Shown here: piece after piece, positions 18,362-28,482 of the stretch
Position numbering within the stretch: the stretch's first letter is position 1
Layout of the letters: every line of letters starts with the position of its first letter
Source of the DNA: Sphingobacteriia bacterium 24-36-13
GTDB lineage: Bacteria > Bacteroidota > Bacteroidia > Chitinophagales > Chitinophagaceae
Reading direction: 5' to 3'
NCBI GenBank assembly: GCA_002281875.1
Contig: NCHN01000017.1
Coordinates: 8,462 to 72,461, forward strand
Length of the DNA stretch: 64,000 nt
Program-made: the position numbers and the translations under genes
Notes under the pieces: generated by a model
What the model was told of the DNA's origin: nothing
Database searches by the model: none
The model's input: only the letters and a program-made list of their open reading frames with translations

Positions 18362-18870
18362 AAAAACAATATTTGCTCTTTTGCTTATTTATTGTGGTAA
18401 CAATGAATGCATATTCGCAACAATTAATGAATATGTTGTTATCAACTAATGGGAAAGCAACTTATAAAATTTTAGCTGGCAAATCAGTTATTTTATTAAA
18501 CGATCAAGGGAAAATACAAACCATTGATACGGATGCTTCTGGTGAAATTGTATTTAATAAAAACCTATTACCTCAGCAAATAGGTGAAATGGGTTTGGCA
18601 TTTAATTATGAGGGTTGGTTAAGTAAAATTGGTGATGTAACCATCATGTACGATTATACTGGGAGAATTGATCGAATAGGAAATCTGGTTTTTAGATACA
18701 ATTACAATCAACAAATTGCATCAATTGGAAGTTATACAATAACATACAATTCAAACAAGACTATTGATCAAATTGGGCAGTATAAAATTTATTATAATTA
18801 TAGTGGCAATGTATTTAGAATAGATCAGAGTAAGGGCCTTATTTTATTACAATTAAATTTTACAAAATGA
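18358..18870 (+). CDS. Secreted hypothetical protein with five tandem 16-residue repeats, embedded in the trp operon
   Basis: 170 aa, signal peptide MKKQYLLFCLFIVVTMNAYSQ. Residues 75-154 form five in-register repeats, IG-x3-(I/L/F)-x-Y-x-(Y/S)-x6. ATGA start/stop overlaps with trpF (18358-18361) and trpB (18867-18870). I recognise no family. Confidence 0.6.
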   Translation: MKKQYLLFCLFIVVTMNAYSQQLMNMLLSTNGKATYKILAGKSVILLNDQGKIQTIDTDASGEIVFNKNLLPQQIGEMGLAFNYEGWLSKIGDVTIMYDYTGRIDRIGNLVFRYNYNQQIASIGSYTITYNSNKTIDQIGQYKIYYNYSGNVFRIDQSKGLILLQLNFTK

Positions 18871-20072
18871 TTAAAGAGGCAGTCAATTATCAGGTGCCCG
18901 ATTTGCATGGATACTATGGGGAATTCGGAGGAGCTTATATTCCAGAAATGTTGCAGCGCAATGTGACAGAACTAAAAGAACAGTATTTGAAAATAATGGC
19001 TGAACCTTCTTTTGTTCAAGAATTTGAATTGTTGTTAAAAGATTATGTAGGAAGACCAACTCCATTGTTTAAAGCGGAAAGATTAAGTGCAGAGTTTAAT
19101 ACCAATATCTATTTGAAGCGAGAAGATTTATGTCATACTGGTGCACATAAAATCAATAATACCATCGGTCAAATTTTGTTGGCAATACGGTTGGGTAAAA
19201 CTAGGATTATTGCTGAAACTGGAGCAGGGCAGCATGGAGTTGCAACCGCAACGGTATGTGCACTTAAAGGAATAGAGTGCATTGTATATATGGGCGAAAA
19301 AGACATTGAAAGACAAGCACCCAATGTTGCTAGAATGCAAATGCTAGGTGCTAAAGTTGTACCTGCTACAAGTGGAAGCAAAACCCTCAAAGATGCTACC
19401 AACGAAGCTATCAGAGATTGGATTAATCATCCAATTGATACGCATTATATTATTGGTAGTGTAGTTGGCCCTCATCCTTATCCTGACATGGTTGCCAAAT
19501 TTCAAAGTGTTATTAGTAAAGAAATTAGAGCTCAATTGAAAGAAAAAACCAACAGTGAGTTGCCTTCTCATATTATTGCATGTGTTGGGGGTGGTAGTAA
19601 TGCTGCAGGGGCTTATTATCATTTCTTAAATGAACCAACTGTACAAATAGTTGCTGTTGAAGCAGCAGGAAAGGGAGTGTATTCAGGAATGAGTGCCGCA
19701 ACTACACAGTTGGGAAAACAAGGAATTTTGCATGGAAGCAAAAGTTTACTTATGCAAACGGATGATGGACAAGTTGTTGAGCCACATAGTATTTCTGCTG
19801 GGTTAGATTATCCTGGGATAGGTCCAATGCATGCTAATTTGTACACAAGTGGAAGAGGTCATTTTGTAAGTGCTACAGATGAAGAAGCTTTAGAAGCTGC
19901 TTTTCATTTGAGTAAAACAGAAGGTATTATTCCTGCTCTTGAAACTGCTCATGCTTTTGCGGTTTTGGGTAAATTAAATTTAACTCCATCAGACACAGTG
20001 GTAGTGTGTTTAAGCGGGCGTGGTGATAAAGATTTGGCCACTTACATGAAAACTATTCAAACCGATCTTTAA
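18867..20072 (+). CDS. trpB: Tryptophan synthase beta chain
   Basis: 401 aa, HTGAHKINN (PLP lysine) and GGGSNA motifs. Confidence 0.93.
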   Translation: MIKEAVNYQVPDLHGYYGEFGGAYIPEMLQRNVTELKEQYLKIMAEPSFVQEFELLLKDYVGRPTPLFKAERLSAEFNTNIYLKREDLCHTGAHKINNTIGQILLAIRLGKTRIIAETGAGQHGVATATVCALKGIECIVYMGEKDIERQAPNVARMQMLGAKVVPATSGSKTLKDATNEAIRDWINHPIDTHYIIGSVVGPHPYPDMVAKFQSVISKEIRAQLKEKTNSELPSHIIACVGGGSNAAGAYYHFLNEPTVQIVAVEAAGKGVYSGMSAATTQLGKQGILHGSKSLLMQTDDGQVVEPHSISAGLDYPGIGPMHANLYTSGRGHFVSATDEEALEAAFHLSKTEGIIPALETAHAFAVLGKLNLTPSDTVVVCLSGRGDKDLATYMKTIQTDL

Positions 20073-20081
20073 TTTCATTTT

Positions 20082-20861
20082 ATGAGTAGAATTCAATCTG
20101 TTTTTTCCAATACTAAGCAACCCGTATTAAATATCTATTTTACTGCAGGATATCCCACTTTGGATAGTACATTAACAATAATGGATTTATTGGCGAAAGC
20201 TGGTGTTGATATTATTGAAATAGGAATGCCTTATAGTGATCCTTTAGCCGATGGACCAGTTATACAAGAAAGTAGCGGAATTGCTATTGCCAATGGGATG
20301 AGTATCGAAGTATTATTCAGTCAATTGAAGTCGTGTAGATCCTTGCCATCCTTATCTAAAACTGGTATTGTTTTGATGGGATATATGAATCCTGTACTGC
20401 AATATGGTTTTAAACGATTTTGTACTGATGCAGCAGCAGCTGGGGTAGATGGTTTAATTTTACCAGATTTGCCTGAGTATGAATTTGAAAAAGAATATGG
20501 GGCAATCATTAAAGCAGCTGGTCTTGATTTTATTTTTTTAGTTACACCTGAGACTTCTGAAGATAGAATTAGAAAATTAGATGGTTTGAGTACTGGCTTT
20601 TTATACGCAGTAAGTTCTTCAGCAACTACAGGTAGTGAAACTAGTTTTGAAGAGGTTGTAGCTTACCTTCAACGACTTCAGTCATACCAGCTAAAGAATC
20701 CGATCATGGTTGGTTTTGGAATAAAAGACAAAGAAAGTTTTAATGCAGTTGCAACTTATTCACAGGGTGCAATTATTGGGAGCGCTTTTATTAAAGCATT
20801 GTCTAAAAACAATGCTTTAAGTGATATTGTCGCGTCTTTTGTTAAATTGGTAAGGCCTTAA
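20082..20861 (+). CDS. trpA: Tryptophan synthase alpha chain
   Basis: 259 aa, EIGMPYSDPLADGPVIQ motif. Confidence 0.9.
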   Translation: MSRIQSVFSNTKQPVLNIYFTAGYPTLDSTLTIMDLLAKAGVDIIEIGMPYSDPLADGPVIQESSGIAIANGMSIEVLFSQLKSCRSLPSLSKTGIVLMGYMNPVLQYGFKRFCTDAAAAGVDGLILPDLPEYEFEKEYGAIIKAAGLDFIFLVTPETSEDRIRKLDGLSTGFLYAVSSSATTGSETSFEEVVAYLQRLQSYQLKNPIMVGFGIKDKESFNAVATYSQGAIIGSAFIKALSKNNALSDIVASFVKLVRP

Positions 20862-20871
20862 TATAAATCAA

Positions 20872-21462
20872 GTGAAAACAGTAATTATACAATACAATGC
20901 TGGGAATATTCAATCGGTACTTTTTGCTTTAGAGCGAATAGGTGTGGAGGCAATTGTTTCCGACGATGAAGAACAAATTCAGCATGCAGACAAAGTGATA
21001 TTCCCTGGTGTAGGAGAGGCAAGTACTGCAATGCAGTACTTAAAGCATAGAAAGCTTGATCAATTGATTCTGCAATTGAAACAGCCTGTTTTGGGTATTT
21101 GTTTAGGGATGCAATTGATGTGTAAGTTTAGCGAAGAAAATAATACCCAATGCTTGGGCATATTTGACGAGCAGGTAGCTAAATTTAATCCAGGAGAAGA
21201 GCAGTTGAAAATTCCACAAATTGGATGGAATAATATTTATGACTTGCAATCTGGCTTGTTTAAAGGGATTTCTAATAATGCCTACTGTTATTTTGTTCAT
21301 GGATATTTTGCCGCCAATGGCATGCATACTATTGCTTCAGCAAATTATGGCATCACGTATAGTGCGGCATTGCAGAAGGATAATTTTTATGGAGTACAAT
21401 TTCATCCAGAAAAAAGTGCTACGGTGGGGGAACAAATTTTAAAAAACTTTATTGATTTATAA
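20872..21462 (+). CDS. hisH: Imidazole glycerol phosphate synthase, glutaminase subunit
   Basis: 196 aa, GTG start 10 nt after the trpA stop, GICLGMQL (Cys nucleophile), GVQFHPEKS. Confidence 0.9.
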   Translation: MKTVIIQYNAGNIQSVLFALERIGVEAIVSDDEEQIQHADKVIFPGVGEASTAMQYLKHRKLDQLILQLKQPVLGICLGMQLMCKFSEENNTQCLGIFDEQVAKFNPGEEQLKIPQIGWNNIYDLQSGLFKGISNNAYCYFVHGYFAANGMHTIASANYGITYSAALQKDNFYGVQFHPEKSATVGEQILKNFIDL

Positions 21463-21463
21463 T

Positions 21464-22171
21464 ATGGAAATTATTCCAGCGATAGATATTATTGACGGAA
21501 AATGTGTAAGACTCACTGAAGGTGATTACTCACAGAAAACAGTTTACAATGATAATCCATTGGAAGTAGCAAAGTCATTTGAAGATGCTGGAATAACCCG
21601 ACTTCATTTGGTAGATTTAGATGGGGCAAAAGCTGGTAAGGTTACCAATTGGAAAGTATTGGAATCAATTGCAAAAAACACCCAATTAGTCATTGATTTT
21701 GGAGGTGGGATCAAGCAAGAATCTGATTTGAAAATAGTATTTGATTCAGGTGCTGCATTTGCTACCATTGGTAGCATGGCGGTAAAAGACCCCGACCTTT
21801 TTGAAACATGGTTAAAAGAATATGGAGAAAATCGGTTTTTACTTGGCGCAGATGTTAAAGGTGAAAATATTGCTATTGGAGGTTGGCTTGAAACAACCAA
21901 TGAAAACATCATTGAATTTATTCAGAAATATATTTCAAAGGGAGTTACCCAATTGTTCTGCACCGATATTAGTAAGGATGGCAAATTAGAAGGGCCTTCT
22001 ATAGAATTATATAAAAAAATCATTCAGCATTTTCCTGAATTGTATTTTATTGCAAGTGGTGGCGTTAGTTCTATGCAGGATATTAATGAGTTAAGAATAA
22101 TAGGGTGTAGTGGTGTAATTGTAGGTAAAGCTATTTATGAAGGAAGAATTAAAATTAGTGAATTGTGTTAA
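21464..22171 (+). CDS. hisA: ProFAR isomerase (1-(5-phosphoribosyl)-5-[(5-phosphoribosylamino)methylideneamino]imidazole-4-carboxamide isomerase)
   Basis: [23 protein letters not shown]-terminus. I prefer the ATG at 21464 over the TTG at 21452 in the ORF track, which would overlap hisH. Confidence 0.88.
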   Translation: MEIIPAIDIIDGKCVRLTEGDYSQKTVYNDNPLEVAKSFEDAGITRLHLVDLDGAKAGKVTNWKVLESIAKNTQLVIDFGGGIKQESDLKIVFDSGAAFATIGSMAVKDPDLFETWLKEYGENRFLLGADVKGENIAIGGWLETTNENIIEFIQKYISKGVTQLFCTDISKDGKLEGPSIELYKKIIQHFPELYFIASGGVSSMQDINELRIIGCSGVIVGKAIYEGRIKISELC

Positions 22172-22923
22172 CCAAAAGAATCATTCCCTGCTTAGACATT
22201 AAAGAGGGTAGAACAGTTAAAGGAGTTAATTTTGAGCAGATTAGAGATGCAGGTGATCCTGTTGAATTGGCAACAATTTATGCGAAAGAAGGAGCCGACG
22301 AGTTGGTTTTTTTAGATATCACAGCTACCAATGAACGAAGAAAAACTTTAAGTGAATTAGTTAATAAAATCGCACATCATATCAATATCCCTTTCACTGT
22401 GGGTGGAGGTATTTCCTCAGTGGAAGATGTACAATTGCTTCTAAAAAATGGAGCTGACAAAATTTCTGTCAATACTTCTGCTTTTAAGAATCCCAATTTA
22501 ATTGACCAATTGGCATTAGAATTTGGAACACAATGCGTTGTTTTAGCCATTGATACAAAAAAAGAATCAGATGGCAATTGGTATGTTTACCTAAATGGTG
22601 GTCGAGTTAAAACAAATATACTTTGTATTGAATGGGCCAAGGAAGCGGTGTCTAGAGGAGCAGGGGAAATACTGTTGACTTCAATGAACAATGATGGAAC
22701 AAAGCAGGGTTTTGCATTAGATATAACCCATCAATTGTCTACTCAACTGGGTGTGCCAGTGATTGCTTCTGGTGGAGCAGGAACCATGCAAGATTTTGCG
22801 GATGTTTTTGAAAATGCAAAGGCGGATGCGGCATTAGCAGCAAGTATTTTTCATTTTAAGGAAATTGCGGTTCCAGATTTAAAACAATTTTTAGCAAATA
22901 AAGGAATTCCAATAAGAATATAA
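22165..22923 (+). CDS. hisF: Imidazole glycerol phosphate synthase, cyclase subunit
   Basis: 252 aa, (M)[12 protein letters not shown]-terminus, GTG start overlapping hisA by 7 nt. Confidence 0.92.
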   Translation: MLTKRIIPCLDIKEGRTVKGVNFEQIRDAGDPVELATIYAKEGADELVFLDITATNERRKTLSELVNKIAHHINIPFTVGGGISSVEDVQLLLKNGADKISVNTSAFKNPNLIDQLALEFGTQCVVLAIDTKKESDGNWYVYLNGGRVKTNILCIEWAKEAVSRGAGEILLTSMNNDGTKQGFALDITHQLSTQLGVPVIASGGAGTMQDFADVFENAKADAALAASIFHFKEIAVPDLKQFLANKGIPIRI

Positions 22924-22927
22924 ATAA

Positions 22928-23530
22928 ATGATTATGAATATTGATTACAATAAATACCAAGATGGATTGGTGCCTGCAATAATACAAGATCATCAAACGA
23001 ATAAAGTGCTTATGCTTGGTTTTATGAATCAAGAAGCGTTAGACAAAACTTTAGAAAGCCAGAAAGTGACTTTTTTTAGTAGAACAAAAAAGCGATTGTG
23101 GACTAAGGGCGAAGAAAGTGGCCATTTTTTAAATTTGAAATCAATACAGTTAGACTGTGACAATGATACCTTATTGATAAAAGTTCAACCAATAGGACCT
23201 ACTTGTCATACAGGATCTGATACTTGCTTTAGCGAAACCAATCACTCAAGTAACTTTTTAGAGTACTTAGAACAAATCATTGAATTGAGGAAGCAAGGGG
23301 ATCCGAGCAATTCTTATGTTGCTAAGATGTTCGAGAAAGGTCTTAATAAAATAGCTCAGAAAGTGGGCGAAGAAGCAGTTGAAATGGTTATTGAAGCCAA
23401 AGACAATAACAAGGAGTTATTTTTAAATGAATCGGCCGACCTACTTTTCCATTATTTGCTTTTGCTTAACGCTAAAGGTCATAATTTAGCAGAAGTATTG
23501 AACATTTTACAATTACGTCACGCTAAATAA
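22928..23530 (+). CDS. hisI: Bifunctional phosphoribosyl-AMP cyclohydrolase / phosphoribosyl-ATP pyrophosphatase
   Basis: 200 aa, FFSRTKKRLWTKGEESGH and CHTGSDTCF (cyclohydrolase), C-terminal PRA-PH helical half (KVGEEAVE...LLFHYLLLL). Confidence 0.9.
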   Translation: MIMNIDYNKYQDGLVPAIIQDHQTNKVLMLGFMNQEALDKTLESQKVTFFSRTKKRLWTKGEESGHFLNLKSIQLDCDNDTLLIKVQPIGPTCHTGSDTCFSETNHSSNFLEYLEQIIELRKQGDPSNSYVAKMFEKGLNKIAQKVGEEAVEMVIEAKDNNKELFLNESADLLFHYLLLLNAKGHNLAEVLNILQLRHAK

Positions 23531-23532
23531 CA

Positions 23533-24612
23533 ATGAAAACCAATTTATTTTTTCTATTATTATTGTCTTTTTTTTCCGTTTCAGCACAAACAGGATTTCA
23601 AATAACTGGGAATATTCGCAATACAAAACCCAATATGTTGGTATTCTTAATGAACGGAACAGATGGCAAAACAATTGCTACTGATACAGTAAGAGACGGA
23701 AATTTTGTTTTAAAAGGCAATATAACAGAACCTGATATTTTTCAATTGGGATTTGTAGGTTACAAAGAAGCATTAGATATTTTTCTTTATAATGATCAAG
23801 TGAATATTACTGCCGATTTTAATAATATTTCCGCTGCAACTATTACTGGATCGGCTGTTGAAACGGATTATCAGCAGTTTAAATCATCTTTTAATCCTAT
23901 TAGAGAAAGACTTAATTATTTAGTGCAGCAAATCAATCCAGAAAAAAACAGATTTAAAAGAGATTCTTTAATTGTGCTTTATGAGCAAGCTAAGGGTACT
24001 GTGTTACAAGAAGCTACCAAATTTGCAAAAGAAAAAACTAGTTCCCCAGTAAGCTCATTTGTTTTGTTTGCCATAAGTCCATTATTAAATGGAACTACAG
24101 ATTTAGAAAATCGTTACAATGCTTTGGAGCCCTCAGCTAAAAAGGGCTCTTTTGCAAGAATGATTGAACAAACGATTGCTGAAGCGAATATCAATAAAAT
24201 TGGTACTGAAGCATTAGACTTTAGTCAAAAAGACACATTAGGAAAATTAGTTTCGTTAAAATCTTTTCGAGGCAAATATGTCTTAATAGACTTTTGGGCT
24301 AGTTGGTGTGGTCCTTGCAGGGCTGAGAATCCTAATTTAGTGAATGCCTTTAATAAATATTCTAATAAAAATTTCACTGTTTTAGGCGTTTCTTTAGACG
24401 ACAACAAAGCAAGCTGGATGAATGCCATTCGCAAAGACAAATTAACCTGGACTCAAGTAAGTGATTTGCAAAGTTGGAACAATAAAGTAGCTCAGTTATA
24501 TAAAATTCAGAGCATACCTGCCAACTACTTGTTAGACCCTTCTGGAAAAATCATTGCAAAAGACTTAAGGGGAAGCGAATTGCAAGTTAAGCTGAAAGAA
24601 TTGCTTCAATAG
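23533..24612 (+). CDS. TlpA-like periplasmic thiol:disulfide oxidoreductase (thioredoxin fold, AhpC/TSA family) with an N-terminal extra domain
   Basis: 359 aa, signal peptide, FWASWCGPCR redox motif. Starts 2 nt after the hisIE stop. Confidence 0.8.
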   Translation: MKTNLFFLLLLSFFSVSAQTGFQITGNIRNTKPNMLVFLMNGTDGKTIATDTVRDGNFVLKGNITEPDIFQLGFVGYKEALDIFLYNDQVNITADFNNISAATITGSAVETDYQQFKSSFNPIRERLNYLVQQINPEKNRFKRDSLIVLYEQAKGTVLQEATKFAKEKTSSPVSSFVLFAISPLLNGTTDLENRYNALEPSAKKGSFARMIEQTIAEANINKIGTEALDFSQKDTLGKLVSLKSFRGKYVLIDFWASWCGPCRAENPNLVNAFNKYSNKNFTVLGVSLDDNKASWMNAIRKDKLTWTQVSDLQSWNNKVAQLYKIQSIPANYLLDPSGKIIAKDLRGSELQVKLKELLQ

Positions 24613-24664
24613 CCAATCATCCATCTTTTGAACTCAACATATCTGGTTATAGTTAAATTGCAAC

Positions 24665-27139
24665 ATGCTTATATATAGGGTTGCCTCAATCTTATTGTTA
24701 TTTTTTACCAGTATTGGGGTAGTTGCTCAAACTAACCCGAATAAGGATAAACTTAATTTAGGCATCATAATGGGTAGCATATTAGATGCAACCAAAGCTG
24801 ATGCGGTACCTTATGCGAGAGTAGACCTTAAGCGTTTATCACTAGACTCCATAAATAGGAGTGTACTAACAGACAAGAATGGAAGTTTTGAATTCAATAA
24901 GCTTCCTTTAGGATATTACACAATCAAAATCAGTTCAATGGGTTTTGTTTTAACCCAATTGGATAGTATTTATTTAAGAGAAGAACGATACGATTTCAAT
25001 TTAGGGGATATCAAATTAAAGCCTACATCGGATTTGTCGCTTTCTGAAGTAATTGTTTATGCAGAAAAACCTTTGTTTGAAAATAAAGATGATAAACTTA
25101 CATATAATATTGGCGAAAGTGCGCTTAGCAACGGATCTAGTACTGCTGAATTGTTAAAAAATATTCCATTAGTGAACACTGATCCCAATGGCAGATTATT
25201 ACTAAAAGGCAGGGAACCTAAAATACTGATTGATGATAAGCCTACTGACTTAAACGCTCAACAGTTGCAGGATTTATTAGAAAGCTTGCCAGGTAGTAGT
25301 ATTGAAAAAATTGAAATCATGACCAATCCCCCGCCTCAATTTGCAACTGAGACAGGGGGTGTTATTAATATCATCACAAAAAAAGGAAAAATAGGATGGG
25401 TTGGAAGATTGAATATTAGCGGCGGTACAAGGGGGGAAGGAAATTTCTCAGGCAATATTAGTTATCGAAATAAAAAATTCACCTATAATCAAACCGTTGG
25501 TCTCGGAGCTAGTCAATTAATAGGGAATAGCTATAATAATAGAACAAATTTATATACAGACTCTAGTAATCGATTATTCAGCACTTCTAATTATACCAAT
25601 ACTAATACTAGGCCCAATATTAGGAGTCAGATTGATTATGAATTATCAAAATCGCATTTAATTGGTTTGGTATACCAAGGTAATATGAATTACTTCAATA
25701 ATGTAAGCAATAATAGTTTTACTAATTTCAATCGATTTAATGAAGCCTATAGAATAAGCAATCGGGAAAATCGGAGTGCAGGGGATGGGTTTACACATAG
25801 TGTTCAAGGTTCATATATTTACAAAGCCCCTAAAAATTTGGCTGAGCAACTTAGATTTTTTTTATCTGCCAATACAAGCAAAAACGATAATGACCGTGAT
25901 TTCTATCAACAGTTTTTGAGTGCTGGTATGGTGCCTACGGGGATAGATTCTACACAAACTCAATACTTTAATAATTTTAATAAAAGCTTCTCAACTCGAA
26001 TAGAATATATAAAGCCACTTAAATTAAAGTATAGTCAATTTACTACTGGTGCCACTTATTTTTCTTCTTGGTTTCATAATACATTAAATACCAATTTCCT
26101 TAGGAAATCGGATGGTGTAATGATTCCCAATGAATTGTTAAGTAATGATTTTTATTTTAAGCAAAAAATACTCACATTCAGGGCAGGATTTAGTTTGTGG
26201 TTTAAAAAAGACATCAGACTTTCTTTTGGTGCTCAAGCTGAACAAACTATTCTGGCATTTGATTTTGTAAAAGGTAATGTAGCAAATACAAAGAGTAATT
26301 ATTGGAATGTATTACCCAATCTTACTTTAAGAAAAGAGTTCACAAAAGTTTTCAATACTTCATTGGTTTATAGGGCAACTATTCGTAGGCCAGGAATTGG
26401 AGAATTAAATCCCAACATTGACTATTCTGACCCATATAATTTGAGGTATGGCAATCCTGATTTGCAACCTACCTTATCGCATAACTTCGATTGGAATTTC
26501 AATTATACAAAGGGAAAGTATTATTTCAATACATCTATTGGGTTTAATAAAGTTTCACAGGTTTTTAATACCATTAGAACCCTTGGAGAAGGAGGTAAAA
26601 CAAATATTACTTGGTTAAATATTGCCGACCGAAATGAGTATGAAGCAAGTGCTTTCGGGGGATATACATTCAGCAAACAGTTTAGAATGAATGCTAGTAT
26701 TGGCTTTACTTATAACCAGTATGGGCAAAGTGAAAAAAAGCTTTATTTATATCAGGATGGTGGCTCATTTTATACTAATCTTAATTATACCTTTACTCCG
26801 AGTAGTGTTTGGACTTTTGAAGGTACTGCTCGGTACAATCGATATGCCAATCCACAAGGTATTAGCAGAACCAATATCAATACAAATATTGGTGTTCAGC
26901 ATAAACTATTTAATAGAAGATTGATTCTTTCATTTAATGCAATTGATCCATTTACCCCTCAAGAATTAAGTAGTGTAACGAATGGGCCAAGATTTCAATT
27001 AGAAAGCTTTAGTACTACTAGAAGTAGAAATTATAGAATCTCCATTAGTTACCAATTAAACCGAATGGTTCAAAAGAGTAATTTAAGTGAGAAAGAAAAA
27101 AATAAGTTATTGAATCAAGTTAAAAAAGAGAAGGCTTAA
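24665..27139 (+). CDS. Outer-membrane beta-barrel / TonB-dependent-receptor-like protein with CarboxypepD_reg domain
   Basis: 824 aa with signal peptide. N-terminal GSILDA...PYARVDLK...LPLGYYTIKISSMGF domain, plug-like region, long Y/N/F-rich barrel. The barrel's likely terminal strand (NYRISISYQL) is followed by a ~25-residue K/E-rich tail. Confidence 0.75.
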   Translation: MLIYRVASILLLFFTSIGVVAQTNPNKDKLNLGIIMGSILDATKADAVPYARVDLKRLSLDSINRSVLTDKNGSFEFNKLPLGYYTIKISSMGFVLTQLDSIYLREERYDFNLGDIKLKPTSDLSLSEVIVYAEKPLFENKDDKLTYNIGESALSNGSSTAELLKNIPLVNTDPNGRLLLKGREPKILIDDKPTDLNAQQLQDLLESLPGSSIEKIEIMTNPPPQFATETGGVINIITKKGKIGWVGRLNISGGTRGEGNFSGNISYRNKKFTYNQTVGLGASQLIGNSYNNRTNLYTDSSNRLFSTSNYTNTNTRPNIRSQIDYELSKSHLIGLVYQGNMNYFNNVSNNSFTNFNRFNEAYRISNRENRSAGDGFTHSVQGSYIYKAPKNLAEQLRFFLSANTSKNDNDRDFYQQFLSAGMVPTGIDSTQTQYFNNFNKSFSTRIEYIKPLKLKYSQFTTGATYFSSWFHNTLNTNFLRKSDGVMIPNELLSNDFYFKQKILTFRAGFSLWFKKDIRLSFGAQAEQTILAFDFVKGNVANTKSNYWNVLPNLTLRKEFTKVFNTSLVYRATIRRPGIGELNPNIDYSDPYNLRYGNPDLQPTLSHNFDWNFNYTKGKYYFNTSIGFNKVSQVFNTIRTLGEGGKTNITWLNIADRNEYEASAFGGYTFSKQFRMNASIGFTYNQYGQSEKKLYLYQDGGSFYTNLNYTFTPSSVWTFEGTARYNRYANPQGISRTNINTNIGVQHKLFNRRLILSFNAIDPFTPQELSSVTNGPRFQLESFSTTRSRNYRISISYQLNRMVQKSNLSEKEKNKLLNQVKKEKA

Positions 27140-27654
27140 GCAATTGTCAGCCCTTTTATTTTAGATTTTAACCAACTTGATTTTACAGGGGTTAACCAAT
27201 CATTTAAAAATCCTTCTTTGGTAGTTACTGTATTATTGAAGTAAACGGTGTCTTCATTTATAAAATTATTTTCCCAAGCATAATTAAGTTGGGCCATCGG
27301 CAACAATTGAACTTTGTCTTTTATATAGAAAGCTAGGTTTTGTCTGTTAAACAAATCAACTTTGAATAACTGCTCTATTTTTTTGATGGTATGAACCGAA
27401 CTGTCCGTACTGCAACCACCTACAGTAGTATTGGTTTCATCAGCCATTAATACAATAAACTGTCCAAAAAACAAAGTGGCAAAACCTTTAACAGGAGCTC
27501 CATGGCTTTTCCAATTGGCTACAAAATCATTTAAAATCGACTCGATTTCAAGCGCTTCGCTAATGCTGAATAAACGATTACTTTGGTATATCCAAACTTT
27601 AGAATGATTACTAAAGTCTGCAGGGCAATGCAATTGATAATCCGATAGGTTCAT
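27136..27654 (-). CDS. Conserved hypothetical protein, last gene of the Fe-S oxidoreductase operon
   Basis: 172 aa, no signal peptide or TM, single-Cys motif TTVGGCSTDSSVH. 16-nt gap after the upstream CCG-domain gene. I recognise no family. Confidence 0.55.
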   Translation of the reverse strand: MNLSDYQLHCPADFSNHSKVWIYQSNRLFSISEALEIESILNDFVANWKSHGAPVKGFATLFFGQFIVLMADETNTTVGGCSTDSSVHTIKKIEQLFKVDLFNRQNLAFYIKDKVQLLPMAQLNYAWENNFINEDTVYFNNTVTTKEGFLNDWLTPVKSSWLKSKIKGLTIA

Positions 27655-27670
27655 GGTGCAAATTTACAAA

Positions 27671-28450
27671 TTAAACCATGCTTTCCGCAATCATTTCAGC
27701 AATATCTAAAACGGCCACTTCTGATTCTTTCTCTCTGTTTTTGACCCCATCAGACATCATGGTGTTACAAAAAGGGCAGGCTGCAGCAATAAATTTTGCA
27801 CCTGTTTCAAGGGCTTCGTCTGCTCTGTCCATATTAATCCTTGAAGTTCCTGGCTCGTCTTCTTTAAACATTTGTGCTCCACCCGCTCCACAACAAAGTC
27901 CATTGGTTCTGCAGCGCTTCATTTCCACCAACTCTGCATCCAACGCTTCTAATACTTTCCTAGGAGCTTCATAAATATCATTTGCCCTACCCAAGTAACA
28001 ACTATCATGGTAAGATATTTTTTTACCTTTAAAGCTGCCACCCTCTTTCATTACAATTTTCCCCTCATTAATCAATTCTTGTAATAAAGTAGTATGATGA
28101 ATTACTTCATACCTGCCACCTAATTCAGGATATTCATTTTTCAATGTATTAAAACAGTGTGGGCAAGTGGTAACAATCTTTTTAATATTATACCCGTTTA
28201 ATACTTGAATATTCTGATAAGCCATCATTTGAAATAAGAACTCATTACCGGCTCTTCTTGCTGGGTCACCAGTGCATGCTTCTTCCTTTCCTAAAATAGC
28301 AAATTTCAATCCTACTTTAGTTAATATAGTTGCAAATGCTTTAGTGATTTTTTGGGCACGTTGATCAAAACTTCCTGCACAACCAACCCAAAAAAGTATT
28401 TCAGGAGTCTCTCCATTCGCCATCATTTCAGCCATTGTGTTAATCTTCAT
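27671..28450 (-). CDS. (Fe-S)-binding protein with two cysteine-rich CCG domains (HdrD/GlpC/DsrK-like catalytic half)
   Basis: 259 aa. Cys patterns CPHCFNTL...CYLGR and CCGAGG...CPFCNTMM are typical of CCG domains. Confidence 0.8.
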   Translation of the reverse strand: MKINTMAEMMANGETPEILFWVGCAGSFDQRAQKITKAFATILTKVGLKFAILGKEEACTGDPARRAGNEFLFQMMAYQNIQVLNGYNIKKIVTTCPHCFNTLKNEYPELGGRYEVIHHTTLLQELINEGKIVMKEGGSFKGKKISYHDSCYLGRANDIYEAPRKVLEALDAELVEMKRCRTNGLCCGAGGAQMFKEDEPGTSRINMDRADEALETGAKFIAAACPFCNTMMSDGVKNREKESEVAVLDIAEMIAESMV

Positions 28451-28482
28451 CTCAATATTTTTTGTAGTTTATTTAAAGGTGA

